Shown piece by piece: positions 7,450 to 12,518 of a DNA stretch of 12,518 nt (positions are counted from its first letter, which is position 1; every line of letters begins with the position of its first letter). Below the pieces are notes generated by a model. That model saw only the letters and a program-made list of their open reading frames with translations, made no database searches and had not been told where the DNA came from. The stretch is from Rhodovibrio sp. (GTDB lineage Bacteria > Pseudomonadota > Alphaproteobacteria > Kiloniellales > Rhodovibrionaceae). The translations under genes and the position numbers were made by a program. Location: positions 1-12,518 of the forward strand of contig SKZV01000195.1 of NCBI GenBank assembly GCA_007127165.1, in the 5' to 3' direction.

Positions 7450-7778
7450 TGTAATTGCCGGAGCGCCGTTTGCAAAAGGCGCAATGCAAAGACGCCGACA
7501 GCTTTTCTGCCGGCGTCCCTCTTTGCCATCTCAATTGACACGCTCCCCGTCCGCGGTCACGGGTACGGCCAGTCGCCGCACAGGGTTTGCGGCGGCGTAT
7601 GCGTCACCGGTTTTCCGGCCACGTAGAAAAATTATGTACCCACCGTTGGTCTGGAATCAAGACCTCTTTGTCGTGTCAGCGCCGGTTGGACCACCGGCGT
7701 TCCCGCCTTTGCTTGCCGGAACACGGTAAAGCAGTGCACGATCGGCGTGCAGTACGGAATTCGGGGGGAGATAGGCCG

Positions 7779-8417
7779 ATGGCCGCAAGAGTTTTGACCG
7801 TGGCGCAGCAGAAAGGCGGCGCCGGAAAGACCACCTTGGCGGCTCACCTAGCGGTGGCCTGGACGGCGCTCGGGAAAAGTGTCGCCGTGGTCGACATCGA
7901 CCCGCAGATGTCGCTGACGCTTTGGTATCGCCTGCGCGAGACACGCAGGGGCGATGCGGGGGCCGGACTTCTGGTGAACCAGATCAAGGGGTGGCGCGTG
8001 CGCAACGCGGTCGAAAAGCTGGCCTCGGAGCACGACATCGTGGTGATCGACAGCCCGCCCCACGCAGAAACCGAAGCCCGCGTCGCCGTGCGGGCGGCAA
8101 ATCTCGTGGTGGTCCCGGTGCAGCCGTCGCCGATGGATGTCTGGGCGACTCGGCCGACGCTGATCCTGGCCGCGGAGGAGAAGACGGCGGCAGTGATGGT
8201 GCTCAATCGTGTCCCGACGCGCGCCAAGCTGACGGACGAGATGTTGGAAGAGATCGCCGCAATGGATGCCGAACTCGCCAAGTCCCGCATCGGCAACCGG
8301 GTCGTCTTCGCCGCCGCCCTTGCCGAAGGCCGCGCGGTCGGCGAGGTGCAGCCAAGCAGCCGCGCCGCCGCCGAGATCGCCGCCTTGGCGGAGGAGTTGT
8401 ATCGGCTGAGCGGGTAG
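7779..8417 (+). CDS. Small ParA/ParF-type deviant Walker-A ATPase (orphan, no ParB/ParG partner in the window)
   Basis: The protein has a deviant Walker A (QQKGGAGKTTLAAHLA), then VVDIDPQMSLTLW, and Walker B (IVVIDSPP). I trimmed the track ORF (7587) to ATG 7779, which has GGGGGGAG 8 nt upstream and yields MAARVLTVAQQKGGAGKTT, the usual spacing for this family (212 aa). Confidence 0.85.
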   Translation: MAARVLTVAQQKGGAGKTTLAAHLAVAWTALGKSVAVVDIDPQMSLTLWYRLRETRRGDAGAGLLVNQIKGWRVRNAVEKLASEHDIVVIDSPPHAETEARVAVRAANLVVVPVQPSPMDVWATRPTLILAAEEKTAAVMVLNRVPTRAKLTDEMLEEIAAMDAELAKSRIGNRVVFAAALAEGRAVGEVQPSSRAAAEIAALAEELYRLSG

Positions 8418-8445
8418 TCCTGGGGCAGGCGTGAGGATGGGAGTA

Positions 8446-8509
8446 GGGAAGCTAGGCCCTCACCCTTATGCCATACTTTGGGCACACAAGGGTGAGGGCC
8501 TGCCTTCCT
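8446..8509. terminator. Long GC-rich hairpin between the convergent parA-like and bhcD genes (bidirectional terminator or REP-like element)
   Basis: A perfect 14-bp stem AGGCCCTCACCCTT (8454-8467) / AAGGGTGAGGGCCT (8488-8501) encloses a 20-nt loop. It is extended by GGAAG/CTTCC outside a small internal mismatch. No U-tract follows on either strand. Confidence 0.5.
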
Positions 8510-8517
8510 GTTGCTCC

Positions 8518-9483
8518 CTAAATCTCCACCTCTTGCGCCTTGCCGGTCTCCTGCGCCCGCTTCACGGCGGCCGCCGCGACGGCAAGATCCTGAAGGCCGA
8601 CACCCGTCCCGTCGAAGAGCGTGATCTCGTCTTCCGATGTGCGGCCAGGATGGTCGCCGTTCACCACCGCGCCGATCGGGACGATATCTTTCTCGGAGAC
8701 GCGTTTTTCCGCATAGGCGTGTTGGAACTCGCCGATGCTGATGGACTGCGCGACTTCGTCGGTGAAGGCGGTTGCTGCGGCCACCAGGGCCGAGTCCACC
8801 TCCTGCTTGCCCTTGGTGTCGGTACCCATGCAGGCAATATGCGCGCCGGGCTTGACCCAGTCGCGCATCACCATCGGCTCGAAGCTGGAGGTGATGGTGA
8901 TGATGACGTCCGCCTGTCCGCAAAGGTCCTGAAGCTCCACCGATTCGAAAGGCAGGCCGGCTTCCTTCGCCACCTCCGCCAGACGATCCAGCATTGAGGG
9001 CTCGATATTCCACCCGACGACGCGCTCGAAGCTCCGCTGCTCCAGCGCGGACCGCATCTGGAACGCCGCCTGATGGCCCGCGCCGACCATGCCGAGAACC
9101 TTGGAGTCGGGGCGGGACAAGTAGCGGATCGAGACGGAACTGCTGGCCGCCGTCCGTACGGCGGTGAGGTAATTACCCCCCACCGCCGCGGTAGGCCGTC
9201 CGGTATCCGGATCGAACAGAAAGACGGTGGACTGATGGTTGGTCAGTCCTTTATCCGCGTTTCCAGGCCAGTAGCCGCCTGCTTTCACACCCAGGATCAT
9301 CTCGCTGCGGTCGAATCCCGACTTGAAGCCATAAAGCGCATCCGCATGGCCGATCGCCTCGCGCACGACGGGGAAGTTATAGGCGTCCCCGCGCCCCATT
9401 GCCGCGAAAACGGACTCGATCGCGGTAAAGGCGTCTTCGCGGGATACAAGTTCTTGTGCAGTCGCTTCGGGGACGATCAGCAT
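8518..9483 (-). CDS. bhcD: Ornithine cyclodeaminase/mu-crystallin family NAD(P)H enzyme, proposed iminosuccinate reductase BhcD
   Basis: I trimmed the track ORF (9651) to ATG 9483, which has GGGAGGA upstream and gives 321 aa. The OCD-family layout includes the Rossmann motif VLGMVGAGHQA. The bhcD call rests on family plus position as the last gene of the four-gene cluster. Confidence 0.75.
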   Translation of the reverse strand: MLIVPEATAQELVSREDAFTAIESVFAAMGRGDAYNFPVVREAIGHADALYGFKSGFDRSEMILGVKAGGYWPGNADKGLTNHQSTVFLFDPDTGRPTAAVGGNYLTAVRTAASSSVSIRYLSRPDSKVLGMVGAGHQAAFQMRSALEQRSFERVVGWNIEPSMLDRLAEVAKEAGLPFESVELQDLCGQADVIITITSSFEPMVMRDWVKPGAHIACMGTDTKGKQEVDSALVAAATAFTDEVAQSISIGEFQHAYAEKRVSEKDIVPIGAVVNGDHPGRTSEDEITLFDGTGVGLQDLAVAAAAVKRAQETGKAQEVEI

Positions 9484-9520
9484 TTGCGTCTTCCTCCCTC
9501 GTTCATGGGACGAGCCGGCA

Positions 9521-10639
9521 TTAGAGGCACATGCCGCGCGCGGCGACTGGCCAAATGGCTTCGACCCTGTCGCCCCGATAGCCGACATACCAGTCGTGAA
9601 TGTTGACCGTCGGGTCGCAGTGACCGGGCACGAGACGCAGCTTTTCGCCAAGCTTCAAGTGGTTTTGCGGATCGCTGATGACACCGTGCTCGTCGGACGC
9701 ACCGATGTATTCGATGTCCTGGCGCTGGTAGACCACGGCAGGGCCGGAATCGACGCTCTGCGCCTTCAGGCCTGCGTCGCAGATGGCCTTCTCGACCTTG
9801 GTCTTGCTCATCACCGTCGTGTAGAGGAACAGGCTGTTCTCGAACTCGTCGATGTGCCGCCCGTCCTCCATCTTGATGCGCTGATAGTCCGCATCCATGA
9901 AGACATAAGAGCCGCACTGCAACTCGTTGTAGACGCCGCTGGTACCCTCGAAACGGTAGGTGCCGGTGCCCGCGCCGCCGATGATGTCGCAGTCGAGCCC
10001 CTCTTTCTTCAACATCTCGACCGTTTCGCGCACGCTGTTTGCGGCGTCGTCGATCTTGGCCTTGCGCTCGTTGAAGTCGTGAACGTGCTGCGCCTTACCC
10101 TGATAGGCTTGCAGACCGGAGAACTTCAGCCCTTTGGCCTTGGAGACCTTGCGCGCCAGCGGCAGCACCGGCTCGCCCGGCTGCACGCCGCAGCGCCCGG
10201 CCCCGACGTCCGCCTCAACCAGAACTTCCAGCGTGGTGTTGTAGCGCTGGGCAGCTTTGTCCAGGTCGTCGATGTTGTCGATATCGTCCACGCAGACCAA
10301 CACGCGGGCCTGCTTGGAAAGCGCGGCCAGGCGGTCGATCATGCGCGGGTTGACGACCTCGTTCGAGACGAAAACGTCGCGCACGCCGCCGCGTACCATG
10401 GCTTCGGCCTCGCTGACCTTCTGGCAGCAGACGCCGACCGCGCCCTTGGCGATCTGGTAATTGGCGATGTCCGGGGACTTGTGCGTCTTGGCATGAACCC
10501 GAAGACGCAGGTTGTTCTCCTTCACGAAGCTGGCCATCCGGTCGATGTTACGCTCCAAGGCGTCGAGATCGACGAGCAGGCAGGGCGTATCCACCTCCTC
10601 GACGGCCATGCCCACATGGGCCGGAATATTGATCGTCAT
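9521..10639 (-). CDS. bhcC: Alanine-racemase-fold (fold-type III) PLP enzyme of the DSD1/D-threonine-aldolase family, proposed beta-hydroxyaspartate aldolase BhcC
   Basis: I trimmed the track ORF (10726) to ATG 10639, which has GGAGGA upstream and gives 372 aa. The PLP-lysine context is RLRVHAKTHKS. The C-terminal motif VPGHCDPTVN is the metal-binding motif characteristic of D-threonine aldolase / D-serine dehydratase-like proteins. Confidence 0.75.
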   Translation of the reverse strand: MTINIPAHVGMAVEEVDTPCLLVDLDALERNIDRMASFVKENNLRLRVHAKTHKSPDIANYQIAKGAVGVCCQKVSEAEAMVRGGVRDVFVSNEVVNPRMIDRLAALSKQARVLVCVDDIDNIDDLDKAAQRYNTTLEVLVEADVGAGRCGVQPGEPVLPLARKVSKAKGLKFSGLQAYQGKAQHVHDFNERKAKIDDAANSVRETVEMLKKEGLDCDIIGGAGTGTYRFEGTSGVYNELQCGSYVFMDADYQRIKMEDGRHIDEFENSLFLYTTVMSKTKVEKAICDAGLKAQSVDSGPAVVYQRQDIEYIGASDEHGVISDPQNHLKLGEKLRLVPGHCDPTVNIHDWYVGYRGDRVEAIWPVAARGMCL

Positions 10640-10685
10640 GGCGTCCTCCAGTTTCTTGTCTGGGTGTTCCAGGCGTTCTTTTACG

Positions 10686-11642
10686 TTACTGCTTCGCCAT
10701 CCAGGGCAGCTTGTCGAGATCCACATTGCCGCCGGTCAGGATGACGCCGACCCGCTTGCCGCGGAAAATGTCGGGGTTCTTGAAGATCGTCGCAAGCGGG
10801 ACGGCACAGGACGCTTCGATGACAATCTTCATCCGTTCCCACGTCAGCCGCATGGCGGAAACGATTTCGTCTTCCTCCGCCAGCAGGATGTCGTGCACGT
10901 AGTTCGAGACGAAGTGCCACGTCAGCGGCCGTAGCGAGACCTTCAGCCCGTCGGCGATGGTATTCGGTGCGTCATCCTCGATGATGTGCCCCGCCTTGAA
11001 CGAGCGGTAGGCGTCGTCCGCGTTCTTTGGTTCGGCGGCGATCACCTTGGTATTCGGCGCGATGGTGGAGCAGGTCAGCGCCGTCCCGCTGATCATGCCG
11101 CCGCCGCCGATCGGGGCGACGACCATGTCCAACTCGCCGATATCTTCCAGCATCTCGAGCGAGCAAGTACCCTGTCCGGCGATCACGCGGTGATCGTTAT
11201 AGGGATGAACGAAGTTCGCGCCGGTTTTCTCGACAAACGCGTTCAACGCTTCCTCCCGCGCCTTCGTGCTGGGCTTGCAGGTGATGACTTCCCCGCCGTA
11301 GCCGCGCACCGCGTCCATCTTCGCCTTGGGCGCGGTCTCCGGCATGATGACGGTGCACTTGATCCCCCGGCAACCGGCGGCCCGGCTGAGGCAGAGGGCG
11401 TGGTTGCCCGAGGAGTGGGTGGCGACGCCGCGCGCCGCCTCATCTTCGCTCAGCCCAAAGACCGCGTTCGTTGCGCCACGCGATTTGAAGGCGCCCGCCT
11501 TCTGAAAGTTCTCGCATTTGAAGAACAGGTCCGCGCCGGTCCAGTTGTTGAACGTCGTGCTGGTAAAGACCGGCGTCCGGTGGACCCATGGCTTGATCCG
11601 TTCATGAGCCGTGCGAACATCGTCGAACGTCGGGATATACAT
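10686..11642 (-). CDS. bhcB: Fold-type II PLP serine/threonine-dehydratase / serine-racemase-like enzyme, proposed beta-hydroxyaspartate dehydratase BhcB
   Basis: I trimmed the track ORF (GTG 11684) to ATG 11642, which has GAGGAG 6-7 nt upstream and gives 318 aa. The motifs are FKCENFQKAGAFKSRGA (PLP Lys), HSSGNHA, and the glycine loop PIGGGGMISG. Confidence 0.75.
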   Translation of the reverse strand: MYIPTFDDVRTAHERIKPWVHRTPVFTSTTFNNWTGADLFFKCENFQKAGAFKSRGATNAVFGLSEDEAARGVATHSSGNHALCLSRAAGCRGIKCTVIMPETAPKAKMDAVRGYGGEVITCKPSTKAREEALNAFVEKTGANFVHPYNDHRVIAGQGTCSLEMLEDIGELDMVVAPIGGGGMISGTALTCSTIAPNTKVIAAEPKNADDAYRSFKAGHIIEDDAPNTIADGLKVSLRPLTWHFVSNYVHDILLAEEDEIVSAMRLTWERMKIVIEASCAVPLATIFKNPDIFRGKRVGVILTGGNVDLDKLPWMAKQ

Positions 11643-11664
11643 CGCGATCTCCTCGATCTTTCTT

Positions 11665-11778
11665 CTAGGGCGTTTTTCGTTCACAAGGATTCAAGAAAAA
11701 CACTCTATCCCTTTGTTCTGGCGCATTTTCGAAACGGCGAACCGGTACCCACTTCGCCTGAAAATGCTGTAGCGACGA
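11665..11778. repeat. Composite palindromic intergenic repeat, copy B (inverted and diverged relative to copy A), inside the bhcA-bhcB spacer
   Basis: Core hairpin: GCATTTTC-gaaa-CGGCGAA-[ccggtacccac]-TTCGCC-t-GAAAATGC (11723-11767). Second hairpin: GTTTTTC...GAAAAAC (11672-11701). In my hand alignment, the reverse complement matches the copy A core at about 40 of 47 positions with one 1-nt indel. The distal module is much more diverged, but both copies end in CTAG. Confidence 0.7.
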
Positions 11779-11819
11779 CCTTTTGGGCGGAGCGCGCCAG
11801 CCCTCCAAGGCTCTTGTCT

Positions 11820-12518
11820 TCAGGCCGCCTTGCGGTGCTGGTTGTCCCGCGTCGAGCGGTAGTACTCCTGCGCGGCGGCAGTTCCGCTGCCAAGCTCGAT
11901 CGGATAGCCAAGGTCCTTCATCGCCATCTCGGCCGTCGCGATGCCGGAAAGCGCCATCACGTCGGTGATGCTGCCCAAGTGCCCGATGCGGAACACCTTG
12001 CCCGCGACCTTCGCAAGGCCGACTCCGAAAGACACATTGTATGATTTGTAGGCGTGATTGACGAGTTCTGTGCTGTCGAAACCTTCCGGAACGTAGATGC
12101 CGGTCACGGTGTCGGAATTGAGTTCGGGACGACGCGCGCAGAGGTCCATGCCCCAGGCCCCGACTGCCCGGCGCACGCCCTCGGCAATTCGGTAGTGGCG
12201 GGCGTAGACGTTCTCCATGCCCTCCTCGAACAGCAGGTTCATGCTCTCGCGCAGGCCGCAGATCAACGGAAGCGGCGGCGTGTAGGGGAAGCCGCCCTTG
12301 CGGTTGCTCGCAAGCATGTCCTGAATGTCCAGGAAACAGCGCGGGCATTCCGCCGTCTTCATGGCCTCGAGCGCCTTGGGGCTGGCCGCGACGATCGCCA
12401 TGCCGGTGGCCAGCATGAAGCCCTTCTGCGAGCCGGTGATGGCGAGGTCGACGCCCCACTCGTCGGTGCGGAAATCCATCGAGGCGATGGAACTGACGCC
12501 GTCGACCATCAGCAGCGC
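11820..12518 (-). CDS. bhcA: Class-V (AGXT/serine-glyoxylate type) PLP aminotransferase, C-terminal about 232 aa, proposed aspartate-glyoxylate aminotransferase BhcA. The 5' end lies outside the window.
   Basis: The frame is open to the window edge. The PLP-lysine motif is ITGSQKGFMLATG, and the small-domain sequence RIGHLGSITD is typical of alanine/serine-glyoxylate aminotransferases. It is the first gene of the four-gene cluster. Confidence 0.75.
   Translation of the reverse strand, partial: ALLMVDGVSSIASMDFRTDEWGVDLAITGSQKGFMLATGMAIVAASPKALEAMKTAECPRCFLDIQDMLASNRKGGFPYTPPLPLICGLRESMNLLFEEGMENVYARHYRIAEGVRRAVGAWGMDLCARRPELNSDTVTGIYVPEGFDSTELVNHAYKSYNVSFGVGLAKVAGKVFRIGHLGSITDVMALSGIATAEMAMKDLGYPIELGSGTAAAQEYYRSTRDNQHRKAA

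Noticed and set aside
6385-7626. Long ORFs antisense to recognised genes: 6385..7626 (+, 413 aa), 7844..9013 (-, 389 aa), 9596..10744 (+, 382 aa), 10986..12044 (+, 352 aa), 11665..12459 (-, 264 aa), 5428..6147 (-, 239 aa) and 509..1243 (-, 244 aa).
   Set aside because: All lie opposite or out of frame to genes with clear family motifs. All are Arg/Pro/Gly/Ala-rich low-complexity translations with no recognisable domain or RBS. Long stop-free antisense frames are an expected artefact of DNA above 60% GC.
7587-7778. N-terminal extensions implied by the longest-ORF track: ParA from 7587, bhcD from 9651, bhcC from 10726, bhcB from GTG 11684, DUF3047 from TTG 599.
   Set aside because: In each case an internal ATG with a good Shine-Dalgarno sequence gives the family-typical N-terminus (for example MAARVLTVAQQKGGAGKTT). 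The extensions are Arg/Cys-rich, overlap the upstream gene or repeat, and carry no motif.
7779-8417. A chromosomal parAB partition locus or plasmid partition cassette, implying that this is a replicon origin region.
   Set aside because: There is no parB/parG, no rep gene, and no iterated centromere-like repeat array that I could see. The neighbours are housekeeping and metabolic genes, and the protein is the short orphan type.
1861-11778. The two inverted copies of the palindromic repeat could be the ends of a 9.9-kb composite transposon or genomic island.
   Set aside because: There is no transposase, integrase or tRNA target in between. The interior holds housekeeping genes (moaA, tsaC). 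Copy B lies inside an operon rather than at its edge. The copies are diverged, especially in the distal module, and I saw no matching flanking direct repeats. Two independent insertions of a dispersed REP/MITE family is the simpler reading.
8518-12518. Reading the four-gene cluster as separate ornithine, threonine or D-amino-acid catabolic genes: ornithine cyclodeaminase, D-threonine aldolase, threonine dehydratase, serine-glyoxylate aminotransferase.
   Set aside because: Those individual activities do not form a coherent pathway. The exact four-family combination in the order aminotransferase, dehydratase, aldolase, OCD-like reductase is the defining architecture of bhcABCD. The alternative stays open until homology searches are run, so the gene-level confidences are kept at about 0.75.
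1-12518. CRISPR arrays, tRNA/rRNA genes, prophage or defence-system genes.
   Set aside because: I found no regularly spaced direct repeats, no tRNA-like cloverleaf signatures (for example GGTTCGAATCC-type T-arms), no rRNA-like segments, and no nuclease, methylase, integrase or phage structural motifs in any supported ORF.

Overview
This is high-GC bacterial DNA whose gene content and repeat style look alphaproteobacterial. I could support 13 protein-coding genes and found no rRNA, tRNA, CRISPR array, transposase or integrase. From left to right the window contains: (1) the 5' part of a membrane sensor gene (minus strand, runs off the window); (2) a sharply AT-rich divergent promoter region; (3) a DUF3047-like exported protein and a stand-alone PilZ c-di-GMP receptor; (4) a ~110-bp composite palindromic repeat; (5) a translationally coupled TetR-SMR efflux pair; (6) an SDR oxidoreductase; (7) a tsaC/sua5, moaA and amidase run on the minus strand; (8) a 329-bp structured intergenic region; (9) an orphan small ParA-type ATPase; (10) a four-gene minus-strand operon. 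The operon runs class-V aminotransferase, fold-type-II PLP dehydratase, fold-type-III D-threonine-aldolase-like enzyme, ornithine-cyclodeaminase-family reductase. I read it as the beta-hydroxyaspartate cycle cluster bhcABCD, a glyoxylate/glycolate assimilation route that generic annotation would hide behind four unrelated-looking names. A second, inverted and diverged copy of the palindromic repeat sits inside that operon, between bhcA and bhcB. All functional calls rest on motifs and architecture I read in the supplied translations. No database search was possible.
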